NCBI GenBank assembly: GCA_951406725.2
Contig: OX597816.1
Location: forward strand, 161,696,001 to 161,760,000
From: Octopus vulgaris
Taxonomy: Eukaryota
Length of the DNA: 64,000 nucleotides
Direction: 5' to 3'
This document shows positions 1-12,277 of the stretch, one piece after another; the first letter of the stretch is position 1, and every line of letters starts with the position of its first letter. The notes beneath the pieces are model-generated. The model did not search any database. It was not told the DNA's origin and saw nothing but the letters and a program-made list of their open reading frames with translations. Made by a program: the position numbers and the translations under genes.

Positions 1-150
1 GTACACTCTGCAGAGTAGCTGATGTTAGGAAGGGCATCCAGCCACAGAAACCCATGCCAAAACACGCACTGGAGTTTGATGTTGTCCTCCAACTTGTCCA
101 CATCACATCAAATTATCCTACCCATGCCTACATGGAAAATTGACATTAAG
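1..150 (+). mobile_element. 3' terminus of RTE-type LINE (or derived SINE), degenerate
   Basis: acactct..gttaggaagggcatccagc..agaaac..cccatgc..catggaaa matches the 3' ends at 5253-5393 and 22351-22527. Confidence 0.6.
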
Positions 151-166
151 ATATCATATATATATA

Positions 167-225
<59 letters not shown>

Positions 226-1144
226 ATATATGTGTGTGTGTGTATATATATATATTGACTTCTGGATAGTAGAATTAACAGACTTTTCAACAAATTACCT
301 GGTGGTATTTTGTTATGTCCTTTCTTGAAATTCTGATTTTATGTCACACCCAGGCTTGTCCTTAAACTTGGATTTTCCCAAGTTTAACAAATAAGAGGGG
401 AAAGTTGCTGTAATTGACTCTCCCTCACAATGTGATTGCTCAGCATGACCACAGTTTAATAACCGAAAATAATAGAATGTGTGTGTGGGCGGAGAATATA
501 TTACACTAGCTTACACACACACACTATATTTATATTTATTAAATGTATAAATTTTGTTGTACCCTTCGTAATTACCGTATCATTCTGGTGCATATGTATT
601 GTCACCCTTGTTCTTTTAATGATGTCAAGTTAGTAATTGTTCGTTTGTTGGTTTGCTGCTTATACTTACATCATGTAGGCATGAGTATTTCATTTGTTTC
701 ATCAATTAATGTAATGGAATAACCAAATTCATAGATATATATATATATATATACGCACACACATATATATATAGATGTGTGTATATTGCAACACTTTCAT
801 CTCCACCCTTCCCATCCCTAATTGACGTCCATGTTTGAAAATAAGATTTTCTTCTCTTGTAATAACGAATATGGGTAAATCAATCAAATTCTTCTGTGAT
901 AATTTTGACTCTAATTTTCTTTAGGAATCTTTTGTCCTCCAGCTTACCCACTGTTCCAAGACCACCCACAATCATTTCTTTATAAAGTTTAGTGAAAGAA
1001 CCGAACCATAGTTATGGCATTACTGAATATCTTTTTATTTTTTTCTGTTTGATTCGATGCCATCTTTTGGTGAGAAGAGAAGTAGGCAATGGCATATCTC
1101 CTTCAGATAGAGGTTATTGAAAAGACCACTCATTATTATTATTA

Positions 1145-2350
1145 GTAAGGTGATAAACTGGCAGATTCGTTAGTGCACTGGATGAAATGCTTAGTGGTGT
1201 TTCGCCTGTTGTTACCTTCTGAGTTCAAATTCCGCCAGGGAACGACTTTGCCTTTCAGGGTCAATAAATTAAATACTAGTTGAACACTATGGTTGATGTA
1301 ATCGACTTCACCCTTTCCCTCGAAATTACTGACCCTGTGCCAAAATTTGAAATTACTATCTTTATTAGTATTAAGAAATTCAGCCCTTGTGTCCAATAAA
1401 AGGAAATATGATTAATATTAAAGGATTGTTAGGGTAGCAGAAAAGGATGCACTGTGGTACTTCTTCTAGCTTTACATTCCAATGTTTGCTGTGGTCAGCT
1501 TGGTCTTTCATCCTTTTGGAGTTGATAAAATAAAGTATCACTTGAACACAGGGATGCTGTAATCCACTAAAACTCCCTCCCTCCAAAATTGCAGGCCTTG
1601 TGCCAAAAATACGAAACCATTATTATTTTTATTATTATTCTTATTATTATTCAAATTCTACTGAGGTCGACTTTGCCTTTCATCCTTTCAGGGTTGATAG
1701 AATAAGTACCAGTTATGCATGGGGGTCAATGTAATCAACTTAATCCCCACCCCCAAGTTGCCCTTGTGTCAAAAATTTGAAACCATTATTATTACTAAAA
1801 TTCTGCTGGGGTCAATTTTGCCTTTCATCCTTTCGGGGTTGATAAAATAAGTACCAGTTAAGCACTGGAGTCGATGTAACTGGCTATCCCCCTCCCTCGA
1901 GTTTTGGACCTTGTACCTACCATAGAAAAGATTATTATTATTAAGGTGGTGGAAGGCAGTGAGCTGACAGAATCGTTAGCACACCGGGTGAAATGTTTAG
2001 CTGTATCACGACTTTCTGAGTTCAGATTCCACTGAGGTTGACTTTACCTTTCATCCTTTTGGGGTTGATAAATTAAGTACCAATGAAACACTGGGGTCGA
2101 TGTAATGGACTAGTCCCCTCCCACCAAATCTGAAGGTATGTGCCTCTTGTAGAAAGGATTATTATTATTAAGGCAGCGAGCTGGTAGAAACGTTAGCACG
2201 CGGGCTGAGTTCAAATTCCACCAAGGTTGACTTTGACTTTCATCCTTCCAGTGTGGATAAAACAAGTATCACTTGTGTGCTGGGGTCGATGTAATTGGCT
2301 TACCCCCGCCCCTAAAATACCAGGCCTTGTTTCTTTAGTAGAAAGGATAA
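1145..2350 (+). mobile_element. Head-to-tail cluster of ~6-7 copies of tRNA-derived SINE family B separated by (TTA)n
   Basis: Repeated module aaggcrgcgagctggcaga..gttagcac..ttctgagttcaaattcc..gaggtcgactttgcctttcatcctttcggggtcgataaa..agtaccag..tggggtcgatgtaat. Confidence 0.8.
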
Positions 2351-3620
2351 TCATCATCATCATCATCATCATAAACATTGCATAAATGAATTAGTTGTTC
2401 TTCTTCTTATTGTGGTTGCTACCCTATTAAAAAGTTCAATGCTGCAATTTCTGTTGAAACATTGGAACAGTTTCAATTTTATTTGTATTGAGACTTAAAA
2501 CTTCTGGAGAGAACTCAGTTATAAGAATTGTGCTGTTTCTGGCAAGTTTGGTAAAACAATTTGCATTCCATTCAGAATATGGTTCCATGTCAAAAATTCT
2601 GCTCAATTGGAATCATTTTGAATTGTTTCCAACCCTTGCCTTGTCATGAAGTGTTGTGGAATTCAGCATATTCTTCTAATTAATTGATATTAATTAATGT
2701 ATTAGACTTCTACATTAGAACCAGTGATGAATACCTTTCTCGCTCCTCATCAGTTTGAATTTGTTTTTGGTATCCAAGTATATTAATTTTTACAGCAACC
2801 CCACCCACTTCACCACCCCATCTCGCAAATAAAATAAATTAATTATTAAAGACCGAATTCTTATTTTAAAAAATTCCAAGTCTGGACCATGCATTTCCTA
2901 TCTTGATTCTCTCTCTCTCTCTCTCTCTTATTCAGACATACTTGTCATGATACCAGTGGTTTATGTGGGAACTTTCATCTATTAACATATAATTATGTTA
3001 AAATTAAATGATTGTACTTGTATTTATGAAGAATATCAAATAATCTTGCCTTTTGTTTGGTTTTTTTTTTTGTCCAAGGCACCAAACGGGTTGGGTGGGT
3101 ACTCACAAACACACACACACATGTATACAAATATACTCAAAAAAGGGGTAGAAAAGGAAAATTAGTGGGGGATGGGCTTTATCTTTTATTATTCCAGACA
3201 AAATGTAAATATATATATATATATTTTCTGTCAGTATTAATAATCTTGGAATCAGGCACTGATTTTCTTATCTTAATCTTTAGGATTATAGAGTCAAGGA
3301 ATGGAAAAATAAGAGCTCGGCGTCTTGGAGTTTCTATTTCTTTTGTCCTATGACCCTAAAAAAATTAATTATTTCTTGCATAGGCATGTTATAAGTGTGA
3401 AATCCTTATCTTACATTTTAAGTCCCTTACAACATACGATCATGCAAAGACTGTGAATTTTCTATTTCAAAACATTTATCTTTTTGATTCTTTATTGCAG
3501 TAAGATGAAGGATAAAAAAACGGTATTATAACAAATATATGTAAATGGACTAAAATATACCCCCCAAAAAAATGAAGAAAAGAAAAAAAAGAAATGAATC
3601 AAAAACAAAAAAAGAAATCA

Positions 3621-3653
3621 TCACATGAACTTTTCATGTGAAAATATTTTATT
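3621..3653 (-). terminator. Candidate poly(A) site of a minus-strand transcript
   Basis: AATAAA on minus strand (3653-3648), CA dinucleotides downstream, then a long U/GU-rich tract (complement of A-rich 3575-3620). Confidence 0.35.
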
Positions 3654-4565
3654 GACAAAAAGTCTTTCATTTTAGAAAATTGTTGTACATTGACATAGTA
3701 TTAAACTATCTTTTAGTTACATATTGTCCACCCTATACTAATCTTTTTTTTTTCAACCCTCACCTTTTAACCAGCATTTGATTTAAAAAAAAAAAAATGA
3801 ACATTTCTCTATAAGTGTCCCTTACCAGCCAAGTACTATGTAGAATTTAGGATGTTCATCCGTGTCCTTTTTCTTGCCATATACAATGGCTCTGTGTTGA
3901 ATAATTTATGATTTAGCACTACAAAAGAAAACAAAAACAAACAACTAAAAAACAATGTTAAGACACAGTGAAATATTAAGAATTGTGTGACAAAATGCTA
4001 GTACAAAACTACAATATCTGTTGATAGGGTATTTCTGCTATACTGCCTCTGTTTATGTATGTGTTTATGTATGGTTATCATTTGGGAAGAAATCCCGAAT
4101 GGTAAAAATAAAAGAAATGGTTTCAAGGATATATAATGTACAACTCTGGAATGCTTGTCCAGAATTGAAAAGAATGGGCTCCTGGCAGATAGTTCATTTT
4201 TTTTTTTTTTTCTCTGGTGTGCAATATGTAATATTTACCAACTGATAAATTTTTCTATGGGAGCTTTTTCCTTTTTCATTGGCTGGCTCATATCCAGTAA
4301 TGGATTGAAAATAAAAATTAAAAAAAAAAAAAATAGACTGCCTGCTAAAAGTGCAAACATGAGACTGACAATTCCCTGATGGGGATCAGTAATAAATGTA
4401 AACAAAATTAAAAAAAAAAAAATGTGTTTTGTTTTTCTTTTTTTTTTTTTTGTCATTTTTTTTTTATTAAATAGAAATAAAAAGTTGGCGCAATTAAAAT
4501 GTCTGTATTGTTTGTTTTAGTAATATGTGTTATATTTGTTATTCCCTTTATATATCTATATATAG

Positions 4566-5393
4566 TACCTTGAGAGAAAAGTTGGACCTAAGAAGCATCA
4601 GATGTGGTGTGCAAGAGAGACGACTGCGCTGGTATGGTCATGTGGTGAGAATGGATGTGGATAGCTGTGTGAAAAAGTGCCACACCCTAGTGGTTGAGGG
4701 AACCTGTGGAAGAGGTAGACCCAGGAAAACCTGGGATGAGGTGGTGAAGCATGACCTTCGAAAATTGGGCCTCACTGAAGCAATGAAAGTGACCAGGACC
4801 TTTAGAAATATGCTGTGCTTGAGAAGACTCAGCAAGCCAAGTGAGACCATAATCTCGTGGCCTATGCCAGGGGTGTAACCAGCCCACTTATGCATACCTT
4901 TCCTTCATTGGACACTAAACTCTACTTGTGAAGACCTGTTGAGGCAAGTGAAATCGAAATCAAATTCGATGACTGGCATCCGTGCTAGTGGAGTGCTAAG
5001 AAGACCATCCGAGCGTGATCGTTGCCAGTGCAACAAAGTGGCTTTTGTAACGGTGGCATGTAAAAAGCACCATTCGAGTGTGATCGTTACCTGCAGTCAC
5101 CTTACTAGCACTTGTAAAAAACATGTAAAAAACATTCGAGCAAGGTCGTTGCCAGTGCCGCTGGACTGGCTCCTCTGCAGGTGGCACATAAAAAGCACCT
5201 CTTGAACGCGGCTGTTGCCAGTACTGCCTGACTGGCACATAAAAGCTCCCACTACACTCTCAGAGTGGTTGGCGTTAAGAAGGGCATACAGCTGTAGAAA
5301 CTCTACCAGATCAGATTGGTGCAGCCATCTGGTTCGCCAGACCCCAGTCCAACCCATGCTAGCACGGAAAGCAGATGTTAAACGATGATGATG
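4566..5393 (+). mobile_element. 5'-truncated RTE-clade LINE: ORF C-terminus plus 3' UTR with (GAT)n tail
   Basis: ORF remnant RRLRWYGHVVRM..GRGRPRKTWDEVVKHDL typical of RTE C-terminus; 3' UTR with degenerate gtggcacataaaaagcacc repeats; ends gttaaacgatgatgatgat. Confidence 0.85.
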
Positions 5394-5893
5394 ATATATA
5401 ATGTAACAAGAATTGTGGAGAATCCCATTGAGCAAACATCTAGAAATTTGTGGAAGTACTAATTCAAGATTTTCCTATTTTGTAAACCCTCATGGGACAA
5501 TTAAAAAATTCAGAAAGAAACAGAGAAGCATTTTATCAAAAAATTTGCCTTGAAATTACACACATAAAAGCTATTTATACACTGAAAATTTTATCAAAGA
5601 AGGGAGTTATCCCCTCTACTGGTAACAAAGGAATTCTCTCTTCAACAATGAGTAGATTGATTGTATAATACTTGTGCAGGAAGTAAAATACTGCATAGTT
5701 GTGAGACATAGATCTTGAAGACAGCAAACATTTGAAAACTGGAGAGGGGAACAATGTAAATATGCTCTACTGGATGTGTTATCTTAGTGTACGTGAATGT
5801 CTTGTGTGAGGTACATGTTAGTCAGAGACAATGAAATATCTACGCAGTAAATCTTGAACATTGACAAAGATTGTATTGATTCATTTTTCACAG

Positions 5894-5911
5894 TAAAGTT
5901 TAACTATCCAG
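5894..5911 (+). other. Candidate 18-nt microexon (phase 1-1, xKFNYP)
   Basis: tcatttttcacag|taaagtttaactatccag|gtaagt: consensus acceptor and donor, length a multiple of 3, one open frame. Confidence 0.3.
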
Positions 5912-6029
5912 GTAAGTATTAAACAAACAGTTTTTTTTTACCTGGCAAGTTTGTTGAATTTTTGGAATGAGAAGAAAAATCATTAATGTTGAACAAATTA
6001 CTCTCAAAATAGTCATATTTATATGTATG

Positions 6030-6415
6030 TACATATATATATTTATGCATGTCACTGTTCAATTTTATTTCAAGATTTCTTGCCAATAAAGAAAGAGCTG
6101 GTTTCTAACCTAGATTCAAAGCTCCTTCATTGGAATTTCAACATCAACAACAGGGTATTTTTGTATGTATACGTGCAGATTTGTATGTTTTGTTTTATGT
6201 ATGTATTCTTATGCATATAGTTGTATGTCTAGACATGCTCATATATATTTAAATGATAAACTTCTGGAAGGTTTTAGTTTTACAGTTCCAGTGATGGATT
6301 GGATCTGTACTCTTCAAATTAGCTTTCTCCTTTCTGGTTTTGAGAAGCCTAATTTCTCAAGATTGGTATTTAGGCAGTATGTTACATATCCCAGGGCCCC
6401 AATAATTACAGGAAT
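6030..6415 (-). mobile_element. 3' fragment of RLE-type (R4/Dong-like) non-LTR retrotransposon
   Basis: Minus frame IPVIIGALGYVTYCLNTNLEKLGFSKPERRKLI; inverted homologue of 15780-16190. Confidence 0.8.
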
Positions 6416-6525
6416 ATATATGTATGTATTTATTGACGTATGCATATATGTATGTGCGTATGCGTATTTATGTGTGTATGAATGTATGTATGTATGTATC
6501 TTCATATGCATATCTTACGTGTGTA

Positions 6526-7037
6526 CGAGGGTGAGTGAAAAAGTAATGCCATTTTATTTAGGACAGATATAATTACCAATGCAGGAACATGTATCATACA
6601 TCAAAATGAAGCTGGTCCTCTGTGGATCACATCCCTACTCTCAATTGCAATGTTCCACCTTCGAATGAGAGCATAAAATTCTGTTGACTGTTCTTTGAGC
6701 CACTTCTTCACTACAGTTTTCACTTCCTCATCACTGGACTATCATCTCTTCAGACCCATGAAAGAGGGTTTGAGAAGCAAATATTATTCCAGTGACGAGG
6801 AAGTGAAAATTGTAGTGAAGAAGTGGCTCAATCAACAGTCAACAGAATTTTACAGGGCAGGGATACATGCTCTCATTCGAAGGTGGAACATTGCTATTGA
6901 GAGAAACAGTGACTTTGTTGAGAAGTAGGGATGTGTTCCACAGAGGCCCAGCTTCATTTTGATGTATGATACATGTTCCTGTGTTGGTAATTATACCTAT
7001 CCTAAACAAAATGGCATTACTTTTTGACTCATCTTCG
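6526..7037. mobile_element. Palindromic (foldback) mariner-derived MITE with TA target duplication
   Basis: TA|cgagggtgagtgaaaaagtaatgcc...ggcattactttttgactcatcttcg|TA; arms >200 bp; right half encodes mariner C-terminus DYHLF..MKEGLR..GIHALIRRWNIAIERNSDFVEK. Confidence 0.85.
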
Positions 7038-7270
7038 TATATACGTGTGCGTACCCTTGTCTAGACATCATGATTATTAATGAGCATTGCTGTCATACAA
7101 GTGAGATTGTTTGACTCCAGTCTTCTCTGAAAAACATGTCAAGCTATGGGAAAATATTACTTTGGTTGGCTACCAGAAGGGCATCCAACCATAGAAAATC
7201 TGCCACAAGAAATTCTACCTGACTCATTCAAGCATGGAAAAGTGGGCACGAAATGATGTTGATGATGATG
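7030..7270 (+). mobile_element. Degenerate RTE-tail repeat
   Basis: gaagggcatccaaccatagaaaatctgcc..agcatggaaaagtggg..gatgatgatg; inverted relative at 14985-15210. Confidence 0.5.
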
Positions 7271-7282
7271 CTATATATCTAC

Positions 7283-7646
7283 AGGCGCAGGAGTGGCTGT
7301 GTGGTAAGTAGCTTGTTTACCAACCACATGGTTCCGGGTTCAGTCCCACTGCGTGGCACCTTGGGCAAGTGGATTTGGTAGATGGAAACTGAAAGAAGCC
7401 CGTCATATATATGTATATATATATGCATGTGTGTGTTTGTGTGTCTGTGTTTGTCCCCCCAACATTGCTTGACAACCGATGCTGGTGTGTTTATGTCCCC
7501 GTCACTTAGTGGTTCGGCAAAAGGGACCGATAGAATAAGTACTGGGCTTACAATGAATAAGTCCCGGGGTTGAGTTGCTCGATTAAAGGCGGTGCTCCAG
7601 CATGGCCGCAGTCAAATGACTGAAACAAGTAAAAGAGTAAAAGAGT
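7283..7646 (+). mobile_element. tRNA-derived SINE family A (internal deletion)
   Basis: ggcgcaggagtggctgtgtggtaagtagcttg..ggttcagtccc head (A/B-box-like), internal (TG)n, tail ggcggtgctccagcatggccgcagtcaaatgactgaaacaagtaaaagag. Confidence 0.85.
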
Positions 7647-7884
7647 ATATATGTATACAAAGATATTTACAAAGCAAGAAGTGAGCATCTCCAAGAGGTA
7701 CCCTGGTTCTGTTGTATACTGTGTGTGGTCACCAGGTGTTTTGGGTGAGTCAGAATGTACCCGGATATTTACAAAACATGACTGTTCAGCTAGTTTAGAA
7801 TCTCCTTTGCTGCTCAGACTGGTTGGAACACATTTGCATCTGAGAATTGTTTATGAATTATAACTATGTTACTAAAATAACATT

Positions 7885-8880
7885 GTGTGTGTGTGTGTGT
7901 GTATGTGTTAATGTGAGTATGTGTGCTTTGGATATATCGGTGAGTGTGTGCATATGTACATGTGTGTGAGTGTGTGTGTATGTGTGTGCATTCTGTGCCT
8001 ATGCATGTATCTGTATGTGTGTGTGCATATGTTTATATGAGTGTGTGTGTGCACTGCCTGTGCGTGTGTATATGTGTGTGTGTGTGTGTGCATATGTGTG
8101 TATGTGCATGCGTGTTGTGCCTGTGTGTGTGTGCATATGAGTATATGTATGTGTGTGTATATGTTTATATGTGTGTGTGCACTGTGCCTGTGTGTGTTGC
8201 ATATGTGTATATGTGTGTGTGCATATGAGTGTATGTGTGTGTGCATATGTGTGTATGTACGTGCATGCTGTACCTGTGTGTCTGTATGTGTGCGTGCATA
8301 TGTATATATGTGTGTGTGTGCATATGTTTATATATGTGTGTGTGCATATGTGTGTATGTACGTGCATGCTGTACCTGTGTGTCTGTATGTGTGCGTGCAT
8401 ATGTATATATGTGTGTGTGTGTGCATATGTTTATATGTGTGTGTGTGTGCACTGCCTGTGTGTGTGCATATGTCTATATGTGTTTGTGTGTTGTGTCTGT
8501 GTGTGTGTGTGTGTGCCTATGTGTATATATGTTTGTGTGTGTGTGAGTGTGTGTTAGTGTGTGTATCTATATGTGAGTGAGTCTAGGACATTTACCCCCC
8601 ATGGGCAATAACCCCGCCCAAGGACAATAGATGAAAGCGAGTAATTGTCCTGAGATGATGTATGTGTATCTGTGTGTGAGTATGTGTACTTGTGTGTGTG
8701 TATGTGTGCATATGTACATGTGAGTGAGCGTGGTGTGTGTGTATTCTGTGTGTGTGTGCATCTGTGTAATGTGTGTATGAGTGTGTTTGTGTAAGTAACT
8801 TTGTATGTTTGTGTATGTGTGTGTGCTTATGTAAATGTGCACTTTTGTTCATATGTGTGTGTGTGTGTGTGTGTGTGCAG
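7885..8880. repeat. Compound (TG)n/(TATG)n low-complexity tract with internal duplications
   Basis: Direct reading; source of many spurious CV/HT ORFs. Confidence 0.9.
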
Positions 8881-8988
8881 TGTGGGATTAACCATGAAGC
8901 AAAATAAGCACATGCTTTGGGCATCAATGGAAGGAGGGGGCACCACAGAAATGGTAAATGGTGTACGTCACAAAAGAAATCGCTTTAA

Positions 8989-9207
8989 CCCTTTAGTATT
9001 TAAACCGGCCATATCCGGCCAAAATATTTAATCTGTTTTATGTTCAAACTGACTAGATCCAGGCTCTCACACCTACCCTACAATGTTATTCTACATTAAG
9101 TAATTACACCATCAAGATCTTGAAGATATGAGAAAATGTATGATTAATTCAAATCAATGGGAATCAATAAGCATTATGTTTGATAGAATAATCTGAACAC
9201 TAAAGGG
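8989..9207. mobile_element. piggyBac-like MITE
   Basis: TTAA|ccctttagtatttaaa...tctgaacactaaaggg|TTAA: TTAA duplication, CCC/GGG ends, ~16-bp imperfect TIR. Confidence 0.75.
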
Positions 9208-9360
9208 TTAAGCTTGCTAAAATAAATTCATGGTGCTTTATTTCTACAAAGTATTGAAGCAGATATCTTACATAAGATTAATCTTGAGGAACTGATCAAA
9301 GGCTTTGCAATTAAAAAAAGTAGGAGGAAGCTTTTCAAATCTAAATAAAGTGGAAGTATT

Positions 9361-9767
9361 CTCTTTTGTGCTCTTTTACTTGTTTCAGCCATTTGACTGT
9401 GGCCATGCTGGAGCACCGCCTTTAGTTGTGCAAATCGACCCCAGGACTTATTCTTTGTAAGCCTACTACTTATTCTATCGGTCTCGTTTGCCGAACCTAC
9501 GGGGATGTAAACACACCACCATCAGTTGTCAAGTGATGGGGGGGGGGGGGGGGCAAACAAAGACATACACACACATACATATATATATATATACACATAT
9601 ATACGAAGGACTTCTTCAGTTTCCATGTACCAAATCCACTCACAAGGCTTTGGTCAGCCCGAGGCTATAGTAGAAGACACTTGTCCAATGTGCCATGCAG
9701 TGGGAATGAACCCAGAACCATGTGGTTCTTAAGCATGCTACTTACCACACAGCCACTCCTGCACCTA
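9361..9767 (-). mobile_element. SINE family A, near full length
   Basis: Reverse complement of family A head, body and tail. Confidence 0.85.
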
Positions 9768-9873
9768 TATACAAAAATAAACATTATTTTCCATCTTGCT
9801 GTTAGTTTTGTTTCCTTTTGAAAAATAAATATTTATTTTATGGTTTATCACGGTTTATATTTTGAATTATATA

Positions 9874-10368
9874 CCATATTTTAACGTGTATAAGGAACCC
9901 TTTTTTGTCAAAACTTAGGTTAAAAAAATATGGGAGTTTCTTATACATGGATAGTATTATGTTGTTTGTTCCTTCTTGAACTACACCTGGCTTATAAGGG
10001 CCGGTTTCCCAGTTTCCTTGGCTTATAGGTTTCCCACCGGAGGGGACGCCGGTCCGTCGCAGGTGAGCTGCAAGATGCAAGAGGAAAGAGTGAGAGAAAG
10101 TTGTGGTGAAAGAGTCAGCAGAAGTTCACCATTACCTTCTGCCGGAGCCGCGTGGAGCTTAGGTGTTCCGCTCATAAACACACTCATCGCCCGGTCTGAG
10201 ATTTGAACCCATGATCCCTCGACCAAGAGTCCGCTGCTCTAACTACTAGGCCATGTGCTTCTGCGGATAGTATTATAATCCTTTACAAAACCGTTTTTCC
10301 AAATTTTAAGCCCCCAAAATTAGGGGGTTTCTTATACATGAAGGTTCCTTATACACGTTAAAATATGG
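9874..10368. mobile_element. Tc1/mariner-superfamily (pogo-like) MITE interrupted by a SINE
   Basis: Perfect TIR taccatattttaacgtgtataaggaacc / ggttccttatacacgttaaaatatggta including the TA duplication. Confidence 0.85.
9961..10264 (-). mobile_element. tRNA-derived SINE (family C) nested in the MITE, with 12-bp TSD
   Basis: TSD ggatagtattat at 9949-9960 and 10265-10276; minus-strand head tggcctagtagttagagc..ggttcaaatc. Confidence 0.85.
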
Positions 10369-10894
10369 TATATATATATGGGGGCACCAAAATCTTTTAA
10401 GTGCTTAGGGCCTCTATGGATCTTAATCTAGTCCTGTATGTGCGTATATGTATGTATGTGTGAATGTGTGTGTGTGTGTGATGCTTTGGCCTTGAAAAAT
10501 AATTTGAAATCAATTCCTAACATCCTTCTATAATGGAACTGTGTGTGGGTAGAAGGTGTGGTCGTAGACATTAAATGGTTTTCGTTGATATTTCCTTCAC
10601 TTTCTTTATTCTACACTGTGTGTGTATATGTGTGTGTGTGTGGCAGGGGACAAGAGATTTGCCACTGCTAGAAATGTTATGATAGACTTTTCATATTCTC
10701 TTCATTTATGTAATATAATATTTATATTTTCACTTGCAAAATCACTTTAAAATTTTGTGAAACCTGTCAATCACATTGCTAAAATATTTTGACAAGGAGA
10801 ATTTAAGCATAAACCTATTTGCCTTGTATCTCATCCAGAGCATTTCTGGGTCCTGGAACCCTTAAAATAGAAAAAACATTTTGGTTTTTCGGGC

Positions 10895-11510
10895 TTGGCT
10901 GCATAGTTAGAAGTTTGCATCACAACCACATGGTTTAGGGATCAGTCCCACCTTAGGCAAATGTTTACTACTATATTCTCAAGACAAAAAAAGCCTTGTG
11001 AGTAGATTTGGAAGACAGAAACTGGAAGAAGCCCATTGTGTGTGTGTGCATGCATGTGTGTGTGTGTGTGTGTGCATGTGTGTGTGTTTGCGTGTGTGTG
11101 TTTGTGTGTGTGTCTGTTTGTGTGTGTTTGTGTGTTTGTGTTTGTGGTGTGTGTTTGTGTGTTCGTGTTTGTTTGCGAGTGCTTGTTTGTGTGTGTGTGT
11201 GTGTGTGCCTGTGTTTGTCTTTATGTGTGAGTGTGTGTGTGTGTTTGTGTGTGTGTTTGTGTTTGTGAGTGTTTGTTTGTGTGTGTGTGTGTATGTTTGT
11301 CTCAACCACCTCTTGACAACCAGTGTTGTGTTGATGTGTTTACATCCCTTGTAACTCAAGAGTTCAGCAAAAAAGAACAATAAAATAAGCATCTTGTTTG
11401 AAAAGGAAACAAATACAGGGGTTGATCCATTTAATTAAAATTCTTCAAGGTAGTGCCCCAGCATGGCCACAGTCTAATGACTGAACCAAGTAAAAGATAC
11501 AAAGATATGA
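10895..11510 (+). mobile_element. Diverged SINE family A with expanded internal (GT)n/(GTTT)n
   Basis: Degenerate head (aaccacatgg..cagtccca) and tail (gcatggccacagtctaatgactgaa). Confidence 0.65.
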
Positions 11511-12277
11511 TCATTTCTACTCCAGGCACAAGGACTGCAATTAAATTGACCCCAGTACTCAACTGGTACTTACTTTATCGTCCCTGAAAGGATGAAAGGC
11601 AAAGTGGACCTCTGTGGGATTTGAACTCAGAATATGAAGACAGATGACATGCCATTCAGCATCTTGTCCGGTGTGCTAATGATTCTGCCAGCTCCCTGCC
11701 TCATTCAGCAATATAATTCTGGTAACGAGGTGCTCAGGTGCACATCATATTGGAAAACTTTTAAAAGAGGGGACAGAGAGTGACATGCGAAATACCGCTA
11801 AGCATTTCGCCTGGCACGCTAACATTTCTTTTTTTCTTTATTGCCCACAAGGGGCTACACACAGAGGGGACAAACAAGAACAGACAAACAGATTAAGTCA
11901 ATTATATCGACCCCAGTGTGTAACAGGTACTTTATTTATCGACCCTGAAAGGATGAAAGGCAAAGTCGACCTCGGCAGAATTTGAACTCAGAACGTAACG
12001 GAAGACGAAATACCACTAAGCATTTCACCCGGCCCACTAATTTTCTTATTTTTTTATTGCCCACAAGGGGCAACACACAGAGGGGACAAACAAGACAGAC
12101 AAATGGATTAAGTCAATTATATCGACCCCAGTGTGTAACAGGTACTTTATTTATCGACCCTGAAAGGATGAAAGGCAAAGTCGACCTCGGCAGAATTTGA
12201 ACTCAGAACATAACGGAAGACGAAATACTGCTAAGCATTTCGCCCAGTGCACTAACGTTTCTGCCAGCTCGCTGCCT
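11510..12277 (-). mobile_element. Tandem copies of SINE family B (about 3.5 units)
   Basis: Repeated gaccccagt..ggtac..tttatcgaccctgaaaggatgaaaggcaaagtcgacctcggcagaatttgaactcagaac. Confidence 0.85.

Noticed and set aside
2720-2760. gtgatga C-box / minus-strand ctgatga..gaaa
   Set aside because: No D box with terminal stem, and no stem II or III for a hammerhead
7652-7860. Open frames on both strands in unique sequence
   Set aside because: Short, no recognisable domain and no convincing splice-site pair
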